A DNA stretch of 64,000 nucleotides, taken from NCBI GenBank assembly GCA_036867785.1, contig CP145415.1, positions 620,001-684,000 of the forward strand, read 5' to 3'. Positions within the stretch are counted from its first letter, which is position 1. Each line of letters opens with the position of its first letter. The notes below the pieces were generated by a model. That model saw nothing but the letters and a program-made list of their open reading frames with translations. It was not told the DNA's origin and did not search any database. Of this stretch, positions 34,096 to 44,791 are shown in pieces. The DNA comes from Plasmodiophora brassicae. Lineage: Eukaryota. A program made the translations under genes and the position numbers.

Positions 34096-37039
34096 CTAAG
34101 CGTTGAGATTGAAGCCACCGCCGACGAATCGGTTCTGCTGCTGGATGAACTGATGCTGCTGCCGCAGGAGCGGTTCGTTCGGCTCGAGATGCTCACCGCG
34201 CTGTGCCTCCTTGTCCAGCTGCAGGAACTTCTTCTGCTCGAGGTACTTCCGCTTGACGTCCTGGAGCTCACCAGTTATCCTGTCTATCTCGTAGCGGTAC
34301 TCGTTCGTCTGCGCCTGCAACATGTTCAGCTCGGCGGCCAGCGCCTTCATCTGCTTCGTCTTATTCTGGGGAGCACCCAGGCTCAATCGTCGTCCATCAT
34401 CTTATCCACAGCCGGATCTAACCTTTAGGGACTGCTGATAGGCACAAAGCTGTTCGGCGATCTCAGGTCCAGGCTGTCGGGCTAATATGTTCTTGAGCTC
34501 CATGTACAGCTTCTGGCTTTCTTCAATCATCAGGTCCTTCTCCACGACCTGCTCGGTCTTCACGATCAGGCGGCGCTGCAACGTCTGGATCTTCTGCAGC
34601 ATCTCGAAGGCCTTCGGGTCGCTGCCTTCGAGCTTCCGCCACCGGTGCACGTTCATCGGCGTCTCCAGCTCCTCAGACAGCGCAGCGACCTTCGTTCTCT
34701 CAGACAGGATCTCAATCTGCAAATGGTGGAGTTCGCTCTTCAGCGCCTCCGTATTGGCCAACTGGTTGCTCTTCAACGCCAGCTGGCGCTCCATGTCGGC
34801 CAGGTCTCGTTTCATCAGCTTGATGTCGTTCAAACGCTCATGGTACTGTATCTCGCCCTTGGCCAGTATGGATTCCTGGATCTTGACCTTCTCGTACAGC
34901 AACGCCAGCTCATCGTTGCGACGGATAAGTTGCGACCCGAGGACGTCCTGGTGGCCCCTCGTAAGTATCATACCAACCGAATGGACGCACGGTCATACCC
35001 TTTCAGCAACGACGTCATCGTAGACCTTCTTCTGCTGCCTTTGGGCTTGTTCCGCCTCCATCAGCGCGAACCGCAAGTTCTTAATCTCAATGTCCTGGCT
35101 CGCCAGGAGCTGATCCGAGCTCTCCATCAGCGCGTCCTTCTTCGCTTCCGTCTTCTTCTGCGTCTTCATTTCCTCCTTCAACCCTTTCACCTGGAAGTGC
35201 TGCTGGATCACGGCCTGGACATCCATTGTCGCCTCGTTACACCCATGGTATTATGGCTAACCTCCCGTCCATTACCTGTTCCTTTTGGCGGATCTCTTCC
35301 TTGAGCTGGTCGATCTGGTGCGTCATTATCTTGAACTTTCGTTTCATCTCGGAAACCTCATCCTGCAACTCGATCGACTGCTGCGAGAACTGGTTCCGGT
35401 CGGCACGGACCGCCTCGTACATGGCCTGCTGCGTCTTCAGTTTCGCCTTCTCCTCATTGATCTTCTTCTGCAGCTCCGTGTTCTCCATCTCCTTCTCCTT
35501 GATCATTTCTTGCGCCTGTGTATTGCTTTGTCACTACACGAAACTCTCCCGCGATACCTATCGACAATGGAGTGACCTGTTCGAATTTCTGCTGCCAGGT
35601 CAACGTTGCAATCGATGCCTTCTCTTGGCTCATCTCGAGCAGACTATTTTGCTTGCGTAGTTTCTCTTCGACGAGCTTGTGAGCCTTGATGTCTTGTTCC
35701 AGGTTCCTGTTTTCATGTCAGCGTGGAACGCTCCGCGGAACGATGACGATCAGACTACCGTTTCGTCTCCTTGAACGCCTTCGAAATCTCGACCGACGCC
35801 TTGTTCTTCTCCTTGGACTGCTGGAACCCAACGTTCAGTCGCTTAAAGGAAACCTGCAGTTCCTTGATCAGCTTTTCATCGGCGTCGGCGTGCCTCCGGA
35901 ACGTGTCCATCTCCTTCGACAGGTTCAGGAGCTCGCTCTTCAGCATGTCTCGCTGCGTGTCGCCCTCCTGGCATTCCAGCTGTTACTACACGCCCCTTGC
36001 ACCAAGACACACACATGCAGATGCGTACCGTTTTCTTCTCCATCAACTGGTCAAAGTCCTTCGCACCTTTGGCGAGTTTCTTCCGCAGCTGTTCGATCTC
36101 CTCCGACTTCTTGCGGATCAATTCCGACTTCGATTTGCTGTCGTCGGCCATGCCGTCCATCTCCTCCGTCGTCCTCTGCTGTTGCTTGATGTACCCTTCT
36201 ATACGCCGTTCGTACTCGTCGTTCTTCAAACGTAAGTCGTCGCCGGCTCGTCGGAAACGCTCCAGGTTGATCGTGTTGTCCTTGATCAACAACCGGAGCT
36301 GATCCGATTCGCCCTTGCTTCGATCCAGCTCGAAGGCCAGCTGCTGGATCTCCAGCTCGCGTTTATCATTCTGCTCCTTGATGCCGATCATCTCGTCCTG
36401 CAAGCGCTGCGCTCGGCGACTCTCTCGTTCGGCTTCATTGAGCGCCTTGCGGAGGTTCTCCTGGACGGTTTCCAGGGTCCCGGTCAATCCGGTCTTCACA
36501 TTGTGGAAGTCATCGACCTCCTTCTTCAGGGAGTCGATCTGGACGGATTGCGATTTGATCTGGTCGTTGAGCGCGGTAACCTCCGCCTGGAATTTCTCCT
36601 TCTCGGCGAGAAGGTCGTTGACGGCGTTCTCCTGGCCAATGCTGAGGCCCGCACCTTGATCGACTAGGCGGCTGAGGTTAGCGATCTCGACCTTCAGCTG
36701 CGCGGTCGTCTTCTTCGCGTTCTTCTCCTTCTCGTGCGCGGCGTCCACCATCTTCCACGCCTTGTCGATCTCCTTCTTCAGGAGCTGGATCGAGTTCTGA
36801 TCCTCCTGGCTGAGGCGCAGGGCGGCATGCACCTTCGACGCGTTCTGCAGGATCTCGGCGTTCAACGACCGGCACTTGTTGATCAGCATCTTCTCGTTCT
36901 CATGCGACTTCTTCAGCGCACTGTGCAACTTCTCGTACTCGTTGCGGAACGTCTTCAGCGAGTCATCAGCGGACAACTGCTCGAACACCTTCTTGAAATC
37001 GCGTTCCATCGCCTCAAACGTGTTCGCCTGTGTCGACAT
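34096..37039 (-). CDS. CFAP58: Cilia- and flagella-associated protein 58 (CCDC147), spliced
   Basis: FRNEYEKLHSALKKSHENEK, LVDQGAGLSIGQE, YEAVRADRN, LGSQLIRRNDELALLYEK, PMNVHRWRKLEGSDP, LARQPGPE, RFVGGGF. Confidence 0.95.
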
Positions 37040-37616
37040 GGCGAGATCGGCATCATTGACTCCACCCGCATCTGTTGCCGTCGGCAGTGACTAAACCAGT
37101 ACACACTGTGAGCCGAATTACGTTATGCAAGATGGTGCACTTACGTCCGCCATTGCAGGTCCTGCAGGCGCCGACAGCGCCGACCGCGACTAATGGCGTT
37201 CGACGAATCGTGGTACTTGTGATCGATCCGATCATAGTAGCGTACGGCATGGCACGTCTGCACGAGCAACCTTGCTGTCACATCATAGTTGAAATGTCGC
37301 CTCCTTTGTGCCGCGTTCGAGGACCTTGACGACCACCTGGAACAGAAACAGACGAATCGAATGAGGCCGATGGACGGTGTTCACGAACGATCAGCTATAA
37401 AGGTATCCTTTTCGCCAGACTTGCTCGATGACATGTTTGACGCATGGACGGCATGGTGCACGCCGTGCTCTTGCTGGTTCTTTTGCAGATTGGTCGTTGG
37501 TACTGGTCGACGACACACACAGCATCGAGGGTGACCAGCAGCCGAAAGTGTGGATGGATGATATCGATCAGGCAGTCCAAAGTGTCCGGCAAATACTAGG
37601 GGTCACGCTTGCGCCT

Positions 37617-37904
37617 CTGGGGAGGTGGACGAATGGCCCGTAGCACAAGGTTGTGTCGCCAATGCTCGACGAGTGCCACAAGTACTCGATCGAATATCGA
37701 TACAGGTACAATGTGAACAAGTGCGTCCTGAGCGTGCCGAAGCACCACCCAGCGTCAGGGTCGGTAGCGGTGGCAGCGCCGGGTGCTTCGGCACGCTCAG
37801 GACGCACTTGTTCACATTGTACCTGTAGCGATATTCGATCGAGTACTTGTGGCACTCGTCGAGCACAAAACCTTGTGCTACGGGCCATTCGTCCACCTCC
37901 CCAG
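37617..37904. repeat. Near-perfect fold-back inverted repeat (arms 37617-37746 and 37782-37904, 35-nt loop)
   Basis: The arms are reverse complements apart from one substitution and one small indel/bulge region. Confidence 0.97.
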
Positions 37905-38206
37905 CTCAGGTCAAATGGCTGAGCGGTGGCTGAGCTGAGTGTATTTTTTCTAGTAGAAGAGATTGTCGCCCGCATTGTGGCGCATGGAAGCTCCCCTACG
38001 AGGGTCTGTGTTGCTGCAGACGTTACCAGCAAGTATCACTGCCCTTCAGTCGGGTCGACTCTCAGCCCAGTCGCCGCTCAGTTCGGCGCTCGGTGTTGCC
38101 CGCCAACCGCAGGAGCTATTTTTACACATGGTCAACGCAACCGCCAGTCGTCTGCTGCTAAATTTGGGCCACCGGCCACGTCGGCACGGCTGCCGTACTG
38201 GCGCGC

Positions 38207-39745
38207 GTGTCGATGCTGGCGTCGACGAACCGTTCAACTTCTGCTGCAGGCAACCTGCTGCTCTGCACTGGCCTACTGGCCCTGTTCAGCGGGTTTGTCC
38301 TCGGCTGTTTCTGGTTAGGTCAACCGCAATGGTTCCGCTCGGACCCACCTGGTCCGATCCCTCGACCTGCCCCGCTTCACGGACCTGTACAGGCGCCGAG
38401 ACGCGTCACAAGGCAGCGCTGGGCTACGCTTGCCAAATCTGCTGTCACAGGCGGTCTCGTTGCAGGCATCGTCCTCTCTCTTCCAAGGGCATTCGAGGTC
38501 AACTCTCGGCCGCCACCACGACCATTACTTGCAAATCCAGCCTTACGACTTGCAGCAGCTACTGCTAGTGCTATCGGGATCGGAGCATGCCTGCTTCGTC
38601 GCAGGGCAGATGCGATTCCGGCGATTCCGTCTTCCGCACGGCCGTCGCCGCTCTTCGATGAAAGGAATTCAACGGCGCCAGAACCGCAGGCTCTGCCTCC
38701 GGTCCCTTACACAGGTAATGTGAGCGACGGTGCCGGCAACTTCAGCAACGATACGTCGTCGGATCGCCCCGCGATTAGAGGGCGTGATAGTCCTTATTAT
38801 ATGTCGGCTCCTGCTGCGATGGCGCGGTCCATGTCGAAGCCAGACCTGCCATCGGTTTTCGACCGGGAGATCCGCGATCGGAGGTCATCCTCGCCGGCCG
38901 GCTCGCTGCACAGTCCAGACGAGTTTTCCACGCGACCTGCATCTCCAGGAAGGGCCGGGCGCAATGCCAACACCAAGAGGGCGGTGCCGTATGCCAGAAC
39001 CAAGCGGAGGGTAGCCGATGCCGGACCCATCTGGGCGGTACCCAATGCCGAAACCAACCCGTCGGCCGTGTCCCAATCCCCCAGTCCACCCGCGCATCGT
39101 GTCTTACGACGTCGGGATGCGTCGTTGTTGTATGCTCCTGTTGCGCGTCACTCGAAAGCTTCTGTTCGGCGGACAATCCAAAGTCTGCTTGAACAGAGCA
39201 CGGAAGAGTCGCCATCGGAGTGTCCTCTTGCGTTGGAAATAGAATCGCCTCCTGGGACGCCATCACCACTTGCTCTACCGCCGGCAGCATTGGACACCGG
39301 CGTCCACCCAGGGTCTCCCGCTGATCAATGCATTACGCCAACAGATTCACGCTGCATCGAAAGCCCACCCAGTCAAAGGTATCAGGTGACCCCAGCATCC
39401 CAGCTGCCCAGTCATAGCAAGGATCCGAGGCGGCGTCGGCAACCTTATGCGACGTCTTGTCCCAAACGCAAACGGGACCCTTCCACAGGGAATCGTCAGT
39501 CACTGTCACACGTACATGACCTGGGTCCGTCGGCACCATCCCGGCATTCGCCACCTGGCTCGTCGACGCCCGTGTCCCCTGCGACCCGCGTCCCACTCCC
39601 TCCAGGGGCGTCATCACCGTTTAGCACGCCGGCCGCGTTCTCACGTCGCCGATCGCCTGCTACGGGCACAGCAGAACGCGTGTATCACGCGTTCACCAAA
39701 CGTTACGACGCAATGCGGTTCTTGTCTGACTTCCTGCAGATGTGA
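38207..39745 (+). CDS. Hypothetical membrane-anchored Ser/Pro-rich protein, intronless
   Basis: 512-aa ORF with three N-terminal hydrophobic segments followed by a low-complexity tail. Confidence 0.65.
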   Translation: MSMLASTNRSTSAAGNLLLCTGLLALFSGFVLGCFWLGQPQWFRSDPPGPIPRPAPLHGPVQAPRRVTRQRWATLAKSAVTGGLVAGIVLSLPRAFEVNSRPPPRPLLANPALRLAAATASAIGIGACLLRRRADAIPAIPSSARPSPLFDERNSTAPEPQALPPVPYTGNVSDGAGNFSNDTSSDRPAIRGRDSPYYMSAPAAMARSMSKPDLPSVFDREIRDRRSSSPAGSLHSPDEFSTRPASPGRAGRNANTKRAVPYARTKRRVADAGPIWAVPNAETNPSAVSQSPSPPAHRVLRRRDASLLYAPVARHSKASVRRTIQSLLEQSTEESPSECPLALEIESPPGTPSPLALPPAALDTGVHPGSPADQCITPTDSRCIESPPSQRYQVTPASQLPSHSKDPRRRRQPYATSCPKRKRDPSTGNRQSLSHVHDLGPSAPSRHSPPGSSTPVSPATRVPLPPGASSPFSTPAAFSRRRSPATGTAERVYHAFTKRYDAMRFLSDFLQM

Positions 39746-40325
39746 ACACCTGCCTTGTGCAGTGCTCCCCATCCATGAGATCTGGCTGCACGCAAGAGAA
39801 TGGTGCCATGCAAGGAACGTACTGAGTGTTGCAAATAAATGTGTGAAATTATGGTTCATGCAATTGAGCTGCAGCAAACCCTGTGCCGAGGTCTGTAGTA
39901 CAGCGACGAGGTGCCCTGGGATGTTTGCCAGTGCACGAACTCCCACCCCATTTGAAATCGAGAGCAATTCAAAAGCTGCTCTGCAGCGCGCGCGCGTACA
40001 CGGGCGCCGGCGGGCCAGGTGTGCCGGGAAGGTGCCAACACGTACAGCATGGCACGGCTGTACGAATTGGAATAGCCTGTTGCAGGGGTTGTGTAACGAA
40101 CCCGGCGAACCCAAGAAACGATTGTACTGGTTCTGGTCAATCCTCTTCCATTGAACGAAGCTGCGCTCGCGTTGAAAACCAGTCTGCGCATAGTAGTCTG
40201 TCAAAGATCGCCGATATGTTCGACGGCCTGGCGAGTGGTGTGGATATAAGACGGCCGGTCAATGGCGAAGACCGGCAAACGTTGTGGCAAGCGCGCGTCG
40301 AGCAAGATATCGCTTGTTCATCTGA

Positions 40326-41095
40326 TGCAGCGAGCGCTTGGCGTTGCAATGGAAAAAGACCCGAACATCCGGGTATCAGACAAGCGGTTGATGAAGACCC
40401 TTACCTGCCGAGTTCGTACGGTACGCTCGCCGAGATGTTGCATGCGCGGCTCTGTATGACTACTTCATGCAGTTTAGAGAGTGCACCATTCCGATTGCGT
40501 CAGGGATCGTAATCTCCGGTTTACGCATCGATATCGTGATTGGATCGAACGGCAAGCGGCTTGCTTTCTAGCGGCCCTTCTGGAGCTGCGGGCGTCTGCG
40601 TAGACGATATTCCTTTTCCGGGCCTACGTCTAGGATTTCACATGGGCATCATTGGCATAGAAGCTCCTTCCTGTTGCCGTTCTTGCGCTTCGTCATGAGA
40701 GCCGGATGCTACCTTCGGTTGAAGGCAATCGCGAGGATGCCGTTTGGAAGAATATTTGGCACTTGCTTGACGTAATACTCGTCAGGAAGGCACTCGACAT
40801 TATTGACGTCTGTAAGCATGAATATCGTCTACGCGGACGCCCACAGCTCCAGATGGACCTGTAGAAAGCAAGCCGTTTGCCGTTCGATCCACTCACGATG
40901 TCAACGGGTAAACCGGAGATAACAATCTCTGGCGCTATTGGAATGATGCACTCGCTAGACCGCATGACATAATCATACAGAGCCACATGCGTGCGCGCGT
41001 ACCGTACGAACTCGGCAGACAAGCGTTTCTTCAACCACTTGTCTGATACCGGATGTTCGGGTCTTTTCCCAATGCAACGCCAAGAGCTCGCTGCA
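40326..41095. repeat. Diverged long inverted repeat (arms 40326-40612 and 40820-41095)
   Basis: For example aaaagacccgaacatcc.ggtatcagacaag / cttgtctgataccggatgttcgggtctttt and ggatcgaacggcaa.cggcttgctttcta / tagaaagcaagccg.ttgccgttcgatcc. Confidence 0.93.
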
Positions 41096-42138
41096 CGAAA
41101 CTCTGCACAGTTGAACTACTTACCGGCAGCGACGATGCAGGGCTCGACGCCTCAGAGATGACCTAACCGGTGGATCGCGTGTGCGGGCAATCGCTGCGGT
41201 AGTAAGCACAGTAGCGCCTTGTAAAAACGCGACATCGAATCCCCAAGCGCTAGCAAAGCGCTGTCGTTGCCCGGTGGGCCCGTAAGGTCGACAGCGATAC
41301 CGGCAGTGATGCTACATCTGGCCGAGAACTGGTCGGCACGGGCGATGGATTTACGTACGCCAGCACTGTCGTCGGCTGGTGTGACCGTGACCGGTTGCGA
41401 CGATGGCATGCAAGCAATGCGAGAGCTGGGGTATCATGGTCGTCAGATCAAGGACTGGAAGATACATATACCGCACCACGCTGTTGCTGATCCATCGCAT
41501 TGGGCCTTGGCACGTTCTCCAGAAAATTATGCATTGAAGTTTGCTGGCCGCCGATCGGCCCTGGCCACAGCGCCCTCGATCGGTTGCGCCCAGCGCCTAG
41601 ACGCGCTCCTACACAACGACACACCAGAATCAGCTCTGCGGACCAAGGTCAAGGCGTCGTCGCATGCAAACTTCATAAGACGCTTGTATCGAAAAATGGG
41701 CCTTTTGTCACGGAGTCCGAGTGTCCGAGTCAAAGCTCTGGCTGGGCGACCGGTCCACGGCTTCACACACACCGCGACGAGCGCGACTGCCGGCGCATCT
41801 CCGTGTCGGGTGACGTTGCTGTCCGAGCCCATGTCGGAGGACCTGTCGTCGGACTCGTAGGGCTGTCCCGGACTGCATTGCTGGTCGGTTGCTGACGTCT
41901 GCACGCAGAGAGGACGATGAACTCAATGGCGTTAGTTAGTGAGCTGCTGCTCGCAGATTCTGGGTCGTGACTCGATATTGTAGATTTCTATGGAGGCCGG
42001 GTCCGACGGCGATGACGTGGACGATGGTATTATTCGACAATCTGCTGTCTGATATGTCCAATAGTGATACTCTGTTTATAGTGGATGATCTCTGGTGTTC
42101 TGTGAGCTCGCGCAGGGTAATGCCACGTCACAGCCAGC

Positions 42139-43461
42139 GTGCCCACCATTTACGTTTCGGTGTCTATGCAGCCAATGCAGTCGATCCTCTCGTCAACATC
42201 GATGTCGTCCTCGATGCCATATTCGTTCAACCAGCGAACGTCCGAGCCCCCAAGTATCAACGGGTACCGGCAGCTGTCATATTGGACGATTCAACAGAAC
42301 GCAAGCGAAAGGCCTGGCGTTAGCGCGCATGTCCATAATCATGACCAATTTGTGCCATCGGCAACGTCGCCTTCTCCGTCTCGACAAGCAATTCTGGCGT
42401 CCCCGTTATACATTCCAACGGGGCCGTCCGGAACCACCATTACTGCCATGGCTTTGTCACCACCCAGGGATAAGAGGAAGCGTGATGAAGTGGAAGTGGC
42501 GCGTGCAAGCCCTGCTCTTATCGACGCTTATATCAAGGCTAGCGCCAAGATGAAGAAGCGGTATCTTACTCAACGCTACACGTACTACATCAACAAGAAA
42601 CGCGTCGGAGAAATGCTGAAGAAGCGGTTCGGGCGGCCGAGGCCGAAAGGAACTGGCGATCCGAACGCCGTCCAGTTCCTTATGACGATCGAGGCGGCGT
42701 ATGCTCTGAGGCAGTTGCTCAGGATTGAACGGTGCTATCAGGATGAGCTTCTGCAACCGCTGCCGAACCGTATCGCGCAAGTCGTCAAGATACGGTTGTT
42801 CAGCATGCGTCGTGCTTGGATGTTCCTCAACGAAGTCGCATTCCGCTGCCTGACCAACGACGAACACGCGTTCATGGTTCCTGTCGGGATCTGCGAGTTC
42901 GAATTCGACGGGACGAAAGCGGCAATTGAAAAGTTTACCTGCGGCAAGTACTCGAGACTTCCTGGTCCACACCAGCCAAGCTGGAGTGATCCCGAGGTAC
43001 AACGGCGTGTTCCTAGGAAGTGCTGTTCTGATTGGACATGTCCTCCAGCCGAAGTTCTATTCCTTAAATGGCTCTGGACGATCCAGCGATGTCACGTTCA
43101 CTTTACGTAAAGGAGAGCAGGTATTCGTGCTCGAAGACCGTTATGAGCACTCCTTTTACGGGGTAGAAGATCACAAGTGAGTGCACATTGTCCCCGCCGA
43201 TATGCCATATTGTGATCTCACAATGCTCGTAGGATGTGCTATTGGTACTTGGTTTTCGTTGCTGATGATGAGCATCACGGTCTGCAGCTGCGTGTCGACG
43301 ACGATAGCTGGCTGCCGGTTCGGGCTCGTGTCGGGTGGGTGCCATCAAAGTGCATAGACGTCACCCACCCCGTCACGATGCAGTACTCGGTCAACACGCT
43401 TAAATTCAGGTTAGAATCTCCCAAGCTCAGAGTCAGTCAGAATGGCGCATGTGTCTACTAA
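42139..43461 (+). CDS. Hypothetical protein with probable SH3 domain, spliced
   Basis: FTLRKGEQVFVLED...VGWVPSKCID is SH3-like. LRQLLRIERCYQDEL resembles the first DH-domain helix. Exon structure is unresolved. Confidence 0.5.
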
Positions 43462-43616
43462 AGGCTACCTATAGAGAATAAGTGGCTCTTGGTTCAGTTT
43501 CCGCTGAGCGTTAGATCGTGAAGTGGCTGCGCTGTGATGGCGAGGCCGTCTTTCAGTGAAGGGCACGACGGACGTAGTCGTCGTCGATCTCTCATTCCGG
43601 TTGCCACGAACCGACC

Positions 43617-44632
43617 ATGCGCGACGTGCCGACACAGGTGTCGCGGGCGTTACGTTCCTACAAGCACCAGCTATCTGCTTACAAATACGCCATATGCGTT
43701 GTGTTCGTCCTGGCACTCGCCAACCTGGTCTCCTCATTGCTGTTTACTGGTGCAGCCCCGTTCTTGTCCTGCTATCAGGTCGAAACCCTGTCGCAATGCG
43801 AACTCACTGATGTCTGATAACTGTCTAGGCGAACCATGGCGACGTGCCTCGCAAAGCGGCCGTGCATTGCAGAACGCACTCGGCTTTGGAGAATATTCGC
43901 ATCGAATGCATCCAGCAGACCGTCGCAATGCTGGACGAGCTGGACGTGATGTACTTTTTTATTGGCGAGCTTCTCCGATCGACAATACTGTTCGGTAACC
44001 GATGCGTTGTGTCACGAGCGTCCGCAGTGATGAGAGCAACAACAGGCGGATTATCGTCCTTGGGAAATGAGGCACCAACGATCGGTATTCTTCCAAGAGG
44101 CTTGGATGTCTTGAGAAATACCCCATCCAGACTTCCGCCAAGGTAATCGTTTGGGTTTAACTCCCCGCTGATATGTTCAGAGTCGTGCTGCCTGCTGACA
44201 GGTACCACCTGGTGGTGGCCGGCAGCAAACTTCACGACAGCGGCAAGAGAGACACATCTGTGGTCGCCCGAGTAATCGATACGCACACTGATGTCTACGT
44301 CGACCTTGTCGAATTTGTACGCGTTACTCGCTATGAGTCCCTGTCATGCACGCGACCTGACCGTGGGGGGCCAGGTCCCCTTTGTGCTACCCGGCGACCT
44401 CGCCCAGACGGTCTACACAAGGGCAGTCTGGTCCATGGTCTGGCATCGATGTTATCGCTGCGAGCGACGGCGTCAAGACGCGCGCCGCCAGATGCTCGTC
44501 GCCTACGATTGGCTCCTGCCGACGTCCACCTGCGCCCTGGGCGACATCGCCGCCCGATGCCCGAACCAGACCGACCATGTCCTGGACTACACGCACGGCC
44601 CGTTCTACACGTTCTACATGCCCGAACTATAA
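43617..44632 (+). CDS. Type II membrane LicD/fukutin-like protein with degenerate catalytic motif, spliced
   Basis: TM AICVVFVLALANLVSSLL, intron 43779-43828, then AMLDELDVMYF, IGI, ARVIDTHTDVYVDLVEF and DWLLPTSTCALGDIAARCPNQTDHVLDYTHG. Confidence 0.65.
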
Positions 44633-44791
44633 ACCGCCCAATACCTGACGCACACGCCCGTGACGGGACATGGGTGGCCAGCGCTCGGTTGACCAGGGGG
44701 GTCGGCAGCAGCACGCAGGCCGGTCGTTCCGTCTAATTCGGGGGTTGTCTGAGCGGACAATTTTCCCGAGCGTCGCCGGCCGCGTGACCGA

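Noticed and set aside
37603-37922. Paired small ORFs on both strands (MDEWPVAQG...)
   Set aside because: A by-product of the palindrome, not independent genes.
41267-41860. 197-aa ORF
   Set aside because: No recognisable motif or clear coding bias, so left uncalled.
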